Source: Eledone cirrhosa
Taxonomy: Eukaryota
Direction of reading: 5' to 3'
Assembly: GCA_964016885.1 (NCBI GenBank)
Contig: OZ024740.1
Location: 183,458,001 to 183,522,000 of the forward strand
Length of the DNA: 64,000 bases
Of the stretch, positions 52,793 through 64,000 are shown one piece after another. Each line of letters begins with the position of its first letter. The first letter of the stretch is position 1. The notes below the pieces were generated by a model, which was not told the origin of the DNA, made no database searches, and saw nothing but the letters and a program-made list of their open reading frames with translations. Made by a program: the position numbers and the translations under genes.

Positions 52793-52921
52793 CTAATCAT
52801 ATTTTGATGTGCTTGCAAATGCTGTAGCTTATATTTATTATCAAAGTTTCCAATTGTTTCAATAATCAGTGGGATGAAAATCAAAATTATGAAATAAGAA
52901 GCTTCAGCTTCTAATTATATA

Positions 52922-53922
52922 TCATAATCTATAAAGCTCAGTGTGTGGTCATGCTCCTTCGTTATAGAAATCTACGATATAGAATTTTTTCAATTGAAAT
53001 TTACAATTCAGTATTCGAAATAGTTTCGATTGCGTCTTGACGCAGATAATGTTTTCAATTTCACCCACAATTACGCAAAAAATAGATAAAACTCAATATT
53101 TTACGATTTTTCTCTCTCATTTAAACTGCTGAACCCTTTCTACTACCATTCAAAATCTATACAACTTCATACTTTCTGCTACTTTCTCTTTCCAAGCTTG
53201 ATGGTGATACTGTCCGTTCACACCACTCCCTACTGTCTTAAATTTAGAAAACACATATCCTCTATGGGGTTACTAAACCTGCTAGAAACAGCAGCTAACT
53301 CTCCCCCATATCACACCCCTCCCCACACCACTCCCTACTGTCTTAAATTTAGAAAACACATATCCTCTATGAGGTTACTAAACCTGCTAGAAACAGCAGC
53401 TAACTGTCCCCCATATCACACCCCTCCCTACTGTCTTAAATTTAGAAAACATATCTTCTATGAGGTCACTAAACCTGCTAGAAACAGCAGCTAACTCTCC
53501 CCTATATCACACCACTCCCTACTGTCTTAAATTTAGAAAACACATATCTCTATGAGGTTACTAAACCTGCTAGAAACAACAGCTAACTCTCCCTCATATC
53601 ACAACCCTCCCTACTGTCTTAAATTTAGAAAACACACAGACAACCATGCAGAACATCTCCATCGCAGCTCTGTTGTTCGGCTGGCATCGTCTACGCGCGT
53701 GTTGCGCAAGTACTGTGAAACAATAAATTTCAACACTTTTTTGCACAGAGATAATATCCATAGGCGAAACTACAATTGTCACTGCTGGCGCAGCTCATGC
53801 TTCCAGGTCTGCAATTCATTCACCCAGTGCCTGGCAGACAAAAACATGCTGCCATAAAATGGGTGGTGCAACCTAACTTTGGTAACTTAATGACCCCAAG
53901 CAACGCCGGGCTTTAATGCTAG
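52922..53922 (+). mobile_element. Non-autonomous Helitron carrying a minisatellite
   Basis: 3' end: GC-rich subterminal ccccaagcaacgccggg, then CTAG|T (53919-53923). Candidate 5' end A|TC at 52922 (or 52928). The 5' boundary is less certain. Confidence 0.6.
53219..53636 (+). repeat. Minisatellite, about 92-bp unit, about 4.4 copies
   Basis: tactgtcttaaatttagaaaaca anchors at 53231, 53336, 53429, 53520 and 53612. Confidence 0.92.
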
Positions 53923-54955
53923 TGTATAATAACTTAACAAACGGAGAAGAGGGAACCCTGCATGCATAACATATAATATTGCAAAATTGGAAAGCAAGTT
54001 TTAAAAAATGACGTCATTGACTGTCGAAATGAATGTACAGAATTTTGGCACCTACCAAGAATACTTCTGGTTCATTCAGTGTTACAGTGACTAACAAGTT
54101 GGTCAAACACGGTCCTTGGAGTGTTTTAGAGGACTTAAACAAAACTTACAGGAAATTGTATGGCATGGGGAAATGTGTAGATAATTAATTGTATGACATT
54201 CAATTTGAATACTATGTGATGCAGGGAGTCAGTTAGACATGAAGATGAAATCAAACACAATGAAAGTAACAGAGAGAGAGGAAAATATTGGTTAGTAGCA
54301 AGTGCCATAACTAAATGGTGTGAACTTTATATGTATACTAAAACATCCATGAAACGTTGGGTCACGCTCACTTAAATATAATGTTTAAATAAAAAAAATA
54401 TACACAGACATGTATATAATGTAAAATGAAATTGGAAGGCCCATATATATATACTTATATATACATATATATATGTATATATGTGTGTGTGTGTGGGGGG
54501 GGGGGGTCTGGGATCTATATACACCAGTCACAGACAGACACACACAAACATACATACACACAAACCCTTTCTATTTAACATGATACAGTAATACTGTATT
54601 CATTTCTTAAAAGTCACCGGTTATAATTTCATTCAACAATACCACCAGCTCTCTCTCTCTCTCTTCCATTTTCCTTCTCTGTTTCCTCTCTCTATGTCTC
54701 TCTTTCAATCTATACTTTTACAATCACTATCTCTTCCTCTCTATCTTTCTCTCACTCTCAGTGTTTACGAAGGTACCCGGAAAAAACCCATATCTCGGAA
54801 ACCCGTACTCCAATTTACACGAAACTTGTTTTATTCCATTAGTATTCCCATTTCAGGGTCAACTTCCTTTCGAAGTATTTTCCCATTATGGGCCCTTTTG
54901 GCTGTATTACATTACCGACAAGCAAGAAAGCAATCACAGAGTTTTAGTAGTAGTA

Positions 54956-55003
<48 letters not shown>

Positions 55004-55091
55004 ATAAAAAGAGATTAACACAGATAAGCAAGTAGGGTTTATTTCTAACATTTACATATTTGCATTACTTGGTTGATATCCTGATATCTCA

Positions 55092-55770
55092 TATATATCT
55101 ACCATATAAATGCCAATTTCTCTCTGTGTATCTGTGTATAACCAGTTGCCGCCTATATCAGTGATCCAATCCTGATGATACTTTAAACACTTGTTAAGCT
55201 AATATTCAGAAACAGGACTGGCTGATTGGATATCAATAAAAGTCAATAAAGGAACCCCTGGGGACATCTTTACAATGGAGGAGGAAAGAGAAGACGTTTC
55301 AGTGAGAGAGGGGGAAGAGGAGATACTATTACTGCATGTTAAACCCCCCCCCCCCCCCTTTCGCCCTCCCCCTCCCTCCCTCCGACTACTCTCCTTTCTC
55401 CTACCACAACTCAGTCCTCCAAAATGAGGCAACAACTTATTAGAAATTTACATGAAGAAATTTCAAACAAAGCAGATGACAATCTAAATGGGAGTAGTGG
55501 GAGAGAGGGTTTAATATACAGTAGTAGTATCTCCTCTTCCCCCCCTCACTGAAACATCTCTTTCCTCCTCCATTGTAAAGATGACCCAAGGTGTTTCATT
55601 ATTGATTTTTATTTAAATCCAATTAGCCAGTCCTGTTGCTGAATATTAGTTTAACATATGTAAAGTCTCATCAGGATCGGATCACTGGTGTAGGCGCCAA
55701 CCAGTTATACACAGATTACACAGATACACGGAGAGACAGAAATTGCATGTTTTATATTGTAGATATATAT
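55092..55770. repeat. Inverted-repeat module (about 235-bp arms) containing a degenerate HHR
   Basis: About 55095-55333 is the reverse complement of about 55520-55768. atccaatc-CTGATGA...GAAA...gattggat at 55164-55231. Confidence 0.75.
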
Positions 55771-57057
55771 ATATACACATATATATATATCACATCCACT
55801 GATATGGATTCTGAACACGTGCACATGATTAGGTAACATTATGGTCAACTGCAGGAATCGGTGATAAATTACAAACAAGTGTAATGATCAATGACCTGGA
55901 AGTTGGCTTACCATGAGATTAGTCCAAAGAATAAAACCCATATCGCATGTTGACGAATATTTGTACTCCCAGCATGTTAATTGTAACATGCCATCTTTGA
56001 GAGTAGAGTTCATTTTGTCGATATTTTGAGGTGTCAGATCATGGGAAGATTAACACAAATTAAGAAGATGTAACTTCTCCCCCATTACTCATGTAACTCT
56101 CCCACTTTGCAACAGTGAACGTTACAAGGTCCTCTTTAGAGCCAACACTTCTGATTGTTTATCTGACTTATTATTGTGTGTTTTCTCGGGTTATGTCTAC
56201 TATAGGGGGAAAATGGGATGGTTTCATTTTGAATTGCTTCAGTCATTCGAAGGGCTTTACAAACAATGATATACAGGGTGCTTGAACAGTACCTGAATAT
56301 GTTCACTCTTTATAATTTCTTCAATAATTGCGATGACATCCTCAATTGTTTTGTGTTTGTTCTTGAGTGCTAAGGCAGTAAGTTTACTATTTTTATACAT
56401 AAGTTTGTTGAATAAGTTCGATACTCTTCGAGCTCAAACATCCCTGGCTTATTCACTCTGAATGAAAGAAGCTGGATGGAAGAAGCATTTATGACTTAGT
56501 TATTGATAGTTCCACACAAAAAATTCATCTACCATAAATACACCTAACAAAGGTTGCTATTGAAAATCCCGTATGGGCACCCAGGGTCACTAGCAATTTC
56601 AGGCGCACTCTGGGAACTGCGAATAACCCCAACTTTCCCAGGTATTACCGGGTACTGCAGCTCATATACATACATACATCTATGGAAGTATATCTAAAAC
56701 TATGTGAGCATAAATTGGAATTAGAATAGAAATAGAAATGCTGCATTAATATTTTGACTACATAATATAGTCTAATGGGGCAATGGGGCATATAGAACCA
56801 CTGAACAGAAAAGAACATGGGTATCAGTACCCATGTGCTGATATCCCTCTTTTTCAATTCAGTAGGTTTATGCTACCCATTATTAATCTATATTATGTAG
56901 TCATAATATTACAGAACCACTCCCATTTCTATTTCAATTCCTTATATATATATATATATATGTGAAGTAATTTCCGTCGGAAATGTCCAGGAAATAAGAG
57001 TGCTCTATGTAGGTAACACAGCTTAATAGTTATGTAAGAAACAACATAACGCAATTA

Positions 57058-57118
57058 TTTCATTTACCAGTGGTTTCTTAAAAGCAAAAGAATGTTGCTT
57101 TCAATCATCAGAATGAAA
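57058..57118 (-). ncRNA. Type-I hammerhead ribozyme
   Basis: Minus strand: tttcatt-CTGATGA-ttgaaagcaa cattctt ttgcttttaa-GAAA-ccactgg-TA-aatgaaa. 7-bp helix I and 10-bp stem II. Confidence 0.85.
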
Positions 57119-57423
57119 AGATCCAGGCGTATTTATTGACGTTGGATTTTAAAAACAAAAATGCAGTCTATATGAAAGTAAGGCTGGAAAAGGAAGAAGC
57201 AAAGGAAAAATAAAATAAAAACACACATGCAAACACACACACACACACACACACAATTATATACATACGCATATGTATATATATATAAATATATATATAC
57301 ATACACACATACATACACAGACACATATACACACACACACACACATATATATGTGTATATATACACATACACATACACACATAAATATCAACATATCCAT
57401 ACATACGCATACATATATACAAC

Positions 57424-57475
<52 letters not shown>

Positions 57476-57895
57476 CACATACATATACATACACACAACC
57501 ATATACATACATACATACACAATCATACGTATATACACACGTACATACATACACATGTATACATACATACATATATGCACGCATACATACGCATGTACAA
57601 ACATAGAAATATATACACACACCTCTACATACTCACACACACAAATAAATATAAGAAAAAATATATAATAATAAAAAACATAAAAATGAATATAAAGACT
57701 ATTATAATGTTGACAGCGATACAGGCAACAAATAAATGAACAAACACACGTGGTAAGCAATCCATACAAATGCACGAACACATACATACGTAAAAAATAA
57801 TACATACACACACTCTCACACATAAATATACATATACAAATACATAAACACATACATACGCATACACAAATACACACACACACACATACATATAT

Positions 57896-57980
<85 letters not shown>

Positions 57981-58019
57981 ATTAAATAAATGGAAACTAT
58001 ATTTATAAAACCATATTTA

Positions 58020-58081
58020 TTTCATTATATATATTTCAGGGATATCATATTAACAATATGCTATGCCTTCCTCAGACAAAA
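58020..58081 (-). ncRNA. Type-I hammerhead ribozyme in the PLE pLTR
   Basis: ttttgt-CTGAGGA-agg..catatt gtt aatatg..cct-GAAA-tatata-TA-atgaaa. Confidence 0.72.
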
Positions 58082-59459
58082 TACAATATAAACAGTTTTA
58101 TAGATAAATAGATTCGACATACCGTAACATCTACTTGCATTTGAGAAGGTTGATATGGTAGTGACAAAATTGTACACAAAGAGAAAGAAAGAGAGAGAGA
58201 AAGAGAGAAAAAGAGAGAAAAAAGAGAGAAAAAAAGGAAAGAAAGACAGAAAACGAAGAAAAAGAAAAAGAAGAAATGCATGGAACAAAATAGAGAGATG
58301 GAAAGATAGATAAAGAGAAGAACTTCATGTAAAGAAACAGAAAGAGATATATATATATATAGAGAGAGAGGAAATAGAGATAGATAGATATATATAGAAA
58401 GCTAGGTAGTGGGACGACTGTTGAATAACGTATCAATGATACATTTATTTATTTATTTATTTATTTAGCTCTAGTATTAATGTAAGGGAGATATATGGAG
58501 GGAAAACCAGCTGTTATATAGGGAGAGAAAAAATATAGAGAGAGAAAAAAGAGAGAGAAAAAATTCAAAAACATCCAGACACAGGCGAGGCGTAAAAAAC
58601 CTCTGTTTTAATATAGAGGTATTAGTATTTACAAAACCAGCCTCTAGATTGTAAATATCAGTATTCCTGAATGAGATATGTATCCACAATGTGTGAAAAT
58701 TAATGATCTTATGTTTAGTTTTTTAAAAAAATTCATGTTTATGTGATAATTACAAACATCTATGTGAATGTACATGATCAATTCTGCAAACCTTAAGTTC
58801 ACGGAAAGTATTCTCAATGTGGTATAAAAATTTAAGTATACATATATGTGTATATAGAGTCAATATTACTATTTCAGTTTATCAAACAAAGATAGAGCAG
58901 ATTTCAATATACTAATAAAAATAAAAATAAAAATATATCGGAAACAAAACTAAAAATAACAATAATAATAATAAGTAATAATAAAATAGAAAACTAAGAA
59001 ATATTACGAAAGAATATTACAAATTAAAAATATTACATATTAAAAAATTTACATATCTAGAATATTAAAAATAAAAATTAGGAAATACTACAATAATAAA
59101 AATAAAATAAACCACAAAGATCAACCCTTCAAAATTAATTGACAATATATTGCCGAGTTCATTATAAACATCAGAGTCGAAAAACAGATAAAGCCAAAAA
59201 TTATCTATCAAATCGCATCTAGTAAAGATCATTTCAAAAAGTATAGGATGTCCAATTTGGTCTACATGTGTTCTTATATTTAATATAGAAGTTTATCTAG
59301 TGTAACGTTTATTGGAAATATTTGGAGCATCAACTTTTAGGATAGCTTAATTTTTCATGAAGAATGTTTAAACAAATAAAAAAAAAATAAAAAGAATAAA
59401 AAGAGAATCAAAGATTTATCGGCTAGTTTCCCATATAATTATAAATCAAACTAAATATA

Positions 59460-60080
59460 CTACATTTTAAATTTAAATTTATATTTAAACGTTGAGTTTA
59501 ATCTATGTTTGCAACAACTGAATAAATTTGTCCGTAGATTAAGGTAATTTTTAGATTTTAGTATAAAGAATATCTCCTCTGCGCAGAGGTCACATGTCTC
59601 AGAGGATGAATTAAAAGGAATCCCTCTTGAGACTATATTCCAAGCCGTCGAATATCTAACGTTATCTAGCTTAAGTTGCCATAGTACGCCTGATAGTGCC
59701 GTTGAAGATTTTTTACTTGGATCTGTGAAAGAATTCTTGTGGTTATTATAGCGAAGTTTAAATTCCGTCGATGTGGAACCGACGTAGTTAAAAGAATTAG
59801 AGTCAGTATTAACATTACAATTGTATACTATATTTTTAACTAAGCAGTTGTTATTTAACGGACATTTAGATCTATCTCTACAGTTACATTTGTTAACTTG
59901 TAAATTATTTATGCTGTTATCACTAGGTTTTAAGTTCCTATTATTTATTCTATTGATATTTTGTGCTAAATTTTTGGTGGATGAGTAGGTTAATTTAATT
60001 GTATGTCTATTGAAAATTGAGTGATATCTATGTGTTCTAGGGAAGCGATTATCAAGAGCTTTAAAATATAGTTTATCTAT
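59460..60080 (-). pseudogene. PLE linker plus GIY-YIG endonuclease frame (no start codon; absent from the ORF track)
   Basis: Uninterrupted frame by manual translation: RFPRTHRYHSIFNRHTIKLTYS..CNCRDRSKCPLNNNC..IVYNC..YVGSTSTEFKLRYNNH..LWQLK..CDLC..CCKHR. Confidence 0.88.
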
Positions 60081-60106
60081 TTATCTATAAAACTGTTTAT
60101 ATTGTA

Positions 60107-60168
60107 TTTTGTCTGAGGAAGGCATAGCATATTGTTAATATGATATCCCTGAAATATATATAATGAAA
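60107..60168 (+). ncRNA. Type-I hammerhead ribozyme (inverted copy of 58020-58081)
   Basis: Same motif on the plus strand; CTGAGGA at 60113, GAAA at 60151. Confidence 0.72.
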
Positions 60169-60297
60169 TAAATATGGTTTTATAAATATAGTTTCCATTT
60201 ATTTAATATTGTAAATATACTCCAAATATTTATCGAGTGCTTTTATATCAGTTATAAATATTTACTAGTTGTAACCCAACAATTTAAATATAACTTT

Positions 60298-60368
<71 letters not shown>

Positions 60369-60423
60369 TACATACATAACCATACAAATATACACATACG
60401 TATACATACATAACACAAACACG

Positions 60424-61546
60424 TACATAGATATTATTCTAATTTCTATGTTGTCTATTTTACCGTCATATTGTTGTCTAGCATGTTCGTATAGTACTGA
60501 CCCGTTTTTTCGTCCTTTTAGTTCCCCCCAGTGTTGGTCTATCCTTTCACCTATGCTACGAGCTGTGTCACCTATGTAAAAATTAAGGTGGTAGAAGAGC
60601 CAGGAACCACCATAAAATCCCTGATCAGCAAAACCTACCCTTTTAAGAAAATCCACTGTACCAATAGGAAATGAATCATATGTAAGGTAAACCCCCGGAT
60701 AAACTGTAAAACTAGAAACGTAGTCTATAGCATAAGATGTACAGAGGGTACTTGCAGAAACATGACAACAACATACATAGGTGAGACAGCTCGTAGCATA
60801 GGTGAAAGGATAGACCAACACTGGGGGGAACTAAAAGGACGAAAAAACGGGTCAGTACTATACGAACATGCTAGACAACAACATGACGGTAACATAGACA
60901 ACATAGAAATTAGAATAATATCTAAACATAGAAACGACCCAGCAGATAGGCAAATCAGAGTGGCCAGTGAAATAGAAATTAGAAGACCAAGACTAAACAG
61001 AAAGAATGAATGGAATAACAACAACACCCAAACAAACAACACTGACCTAAGAGAAGTATAAATAAGTAAATAAAATAAAATAAATAAATAAATAAATAAA
61101 TACATACACAAGCACAGTAACAACAAGCACATAAACACACACTAGTCACCCATCACACAGCAAACAAAACACTATACACACACGCAAACGCATGCGCAAA
61201 GAAGACAAAATAAAATAAACAAACAAGCAAATAAATAAATAAATATATACACTGACTGAGTAAAAATGGCGTAGATATACAATAAAACAGGAGGAAAAGA
61301 TAGCACCACTGACTATGTTGCAGATGTGCAACGAAAGATTTATGATAAACTATATATATGTGTTTGTGTCTATATTGTATCTGTATTATTTTTGACCGTC
61401 GGTCAGTCAATGGCAACATTGAGGACCGAGTAAGTTAGATTACCGATATAAAAGACACAGAATCGAGAAGCGAAAACCAACCAAACAGTGAGTGTGTTCT
61501 GTTATTAATTCTGGCAATATTACACAAATATGACCCTCCCCAAGTA

Positions 61547-61550
<4 letters not shown>
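60424..61550 (+). mobile_element. 5'-truncated PLE of a different (non-Naiad) family with an inverted head
   Basis: 60578-61061 encodes KIKVVEEPG..PF..C-x4-*-x2-C..RNVVY..C..C..YIGETAR..ER..QH..RQI..LNRKNEW. 60424-60577 is an inverted copy of about 60774-60922. Confidence 0.85.
61305..61346 (+). ncRNA. Degenerate minimal hammerhead motif
   Basis: acca-CTGACTA(G8->T)-t gttgca gatg tgcaac-GAAA-gatt-TA-tgat. Perfect 6-bp stem II. Confidence 0.58.
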
Positions 61551-61606
<56 letters not shown>

Positions 61607-62108
61607 CACATATATACACATACATACATACTCACATACACATATATACCTACAAACACATATATACATACACATACGTATGCATACGTAAATACACACA
61701 CACACATATACATATATAACTCAATATATATATATATATGAGAAAGAACATAATTATTATATATATATATAAAAAATAAATATTGTATATATAAAACAAA
61801 TATTGTATATGTGAAAATAAAAATGAAAATAAAAAGTTAGGGAATACGACAAATAATAAATTAAAAAATATATATTTAGAAATGGGTATAAATGCTTATA
61901 TAAAGATTTAGAGCACTCAACAAGTTCCTGGAGCAAAAGATCAATGAAAATAATCATTAAATCACTATATGTAATGATGCATATACATACACCCTTATAC
62001 ATATATACATATACACACACATATACACATATATATACATACACAAACACACACACACACACACACAAAAACACAACCACAGAAATACACACACACACAT
62101 ACAATTAC

Positions 62109-62155
<47 letters not shown>

Positions 62156-62319
62156 TAGGAAAAAGTCTGACCCCACGGCAGAGCTCAAGCCTTTTCTGAG
62201 GCTATTATATATATACACACAAAACCATTATATAAAAAATACATATACACGGACAAATATACACACGCCCATACACACACATTAAATCTATATATACACA
62301 CATACATACATACACATAT

Positions 62320-62380
<61 letters not shown>

Positions 62381-62555
62381 TACACACATAAATACATACA
62401 TATAAATATATACACACACGCGCACAAATACAACAGAAATATATAATATATACGATTATATATACATATACAGATACATACAGATATATATATACATACA
62501 CACACACACATATATATACATACACATATACATATACACACACATATACATACAC

Positions 62556-62603
<48 letters not shown>

Positions 62604-62750
62604 ATTAAAATACTGGAGCGTGCTGGAGTTAAGCACCCTCTTCGTATTATAGAAATGACAGTAAAAGTTATAGCTCAATGTAATTAAACAGAGCCGAAGA
62701 ATTATGAAAGTAAAACAAAGAAGCCTTCAATACATCAAAAGTCTTTATTA

Positions 62751-62788
62751 GCCAACAATGTTTCGTCCTATTAAGGACTCATCAGGGC
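62751..62788 (-). ncRNA. Minimal type-I hammerhead ribozyme
   Basis: Minus strand: gcc-CTGATGA-gtcc ttaata ggac-GAAA-cattg-TT-ggc. Canonical core. Confidence 0.85.
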
Positions 62789-64000
62789 AATTAAAACAAC
62801 AAGAAGTATTATCGGCCAATACAAGCCGAAAACTCCGAAGAATATAGAGTGTACATACACTAAAGTATTGCAAGATTATGGGTAAAAATATATAATAAAA
62901 ATCACTAAGGAGGTGTATAACATTTAGAACCATATTACAAATATAGTCCAAAGCAAAAAAAACCTAGAGCTAAACAAAGGTGGTTATATAGAGCGGGAAT
63001 TATATATAATACTATATAATATAATATAATATAATATACTTGTAACAATATTAAAATTACAATAAAAATTAAAGTGTACAATATACATATGTATATATGT
63101 ACGCACACGTACGCACATATACACATACATCAATACACATATCCATCTTTAACAGCACAAATTAAACCTTATTAAGAGTTTAAATATAAATAAGCATGAT
63201 AGGAATAAAAATAATAATAATAATAATAATACGTATATCTAATATACATGAGGTAATAATATGATATGATTATAAGTAGCACATATAATATATAATAAAC
63301 TATACAATTATATACTATATAATATAATATAATAGATAGATAATCTCCGGTTAATTTACACAAACAATATAGATGTCACAATAATACTATAATAATAATA
63401 TAATAACATATATAATATATAATATATAATGGCATGCCAGTTAACAAATCAATTCATATAGAGTTACAGAGTAAGTGAGAAAAAAATATAAATTGTACAA
63501 TACCCAAAATTATGATGGTACAAAAATATAAACATCTTACATGATATATAAAATTTAACATATCATAATGGTACATATAATCAACGGTAAGTAATAAGGA
63601 TCGATAGTACAATAACAAATACAATATAAAATAATTAACATAATATAATATATAATTACTTATAATTACAAGGTTGGTAAACAGACATATATGTGGATGA
63701 GTGAGTAAGGGCCAGACAGTAAATAGAATGCACAGTAGTATTAATAAATAAATAAATAAATAGAATCAACCGGAAATTAAAAAACAAAAACAAAAGTATA
63801 TACTTAGGTCTCACATGCAGTTAAGTAAAAACTTAGGAAACAACACCGGTAAATGACTCGAAGACCCTAATTGATAAATTAATATTAAAAATATTTAAAA
63901 TATCTAATAAGGCAATACAATATTAGCTATGGTTTAAGTAATCAACGTTTATAAACGTTAATATTTCACCACAAATTTATATATAAAGGAATGAAATTTT

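Larger units (their letters stand above)
57975..60299 (-). mobile_element. 5'-truncated Naiad-type PLE with inverted pLTR head
   Basis: GIY-YIG frame on the minus strand, long 3' region, HHR near the 3' end. 60076-60213 is an inverted copy of 57975-58111. (TA)n on both sides. Confidence 0.88.

Noticed and set aside
53219-53636. CRISPR-like array (also considered for 36820-37092)
   Set aside because: Whole units repeat with no unique spacers, the context is eukaryotic and there are no cas genes.
54766-56520. Tc1/mariner-like termini (tacgaaggtacccgg at 54766, tacagggtg at 56272)
   Set aside because: No matching second TIR or transposase remnant found.
57133-57979. Long ORFs rich in YI/CV/HT (also at 10300-10660, 12700-13190, 28000-28500, 61400-62700)
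   Set aside because: They are translations of (TA)n/(CA)n microsatellites, not genes.

Overview
AT-rich, microsatellite-dense eukaryotic non-coding DNA, probably from a coleoid cephalopod (inferred from the SINE families and the (TA)n/(CA)n load). I could not support any host protein-coding exon, and most ORF-track entries are microsatellite artefacts. The window is a mosaic of transposable elements. It holds a near-full-length but decayed Naiad-type Penelope-like element (PLE; RT plus GIY-YIG, 4972-10082) with 1.36-kb pseudo-LTRs and an inverted head, three further PLE fragments, RTE, R4/Dong, CRE, Vingi-like and CR1-like LINE remnants, a hAT/Charlie element with TIRs and TSD, a mariner fragment, a non-autonomous Helitron and two SINE families. 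The main signal no ORF explains is about 14 type-I hammerhead ribozyme (HHR) motifs of about 10 distinct designs, found by eye. They lie in PLE pseudo-LTRs and in non-coding tandem or inverted modules inserted in (TA)n tracts. They include a U3-A8 compensatory core variant and a 402-bp tandem repeat with retrozyme-like architecture. Two unrelated PLEs also carry an in-frame UGA at a cysteine position (possible selenocysteine, unproven). Family and clade names come from motif recognition, not database searches.
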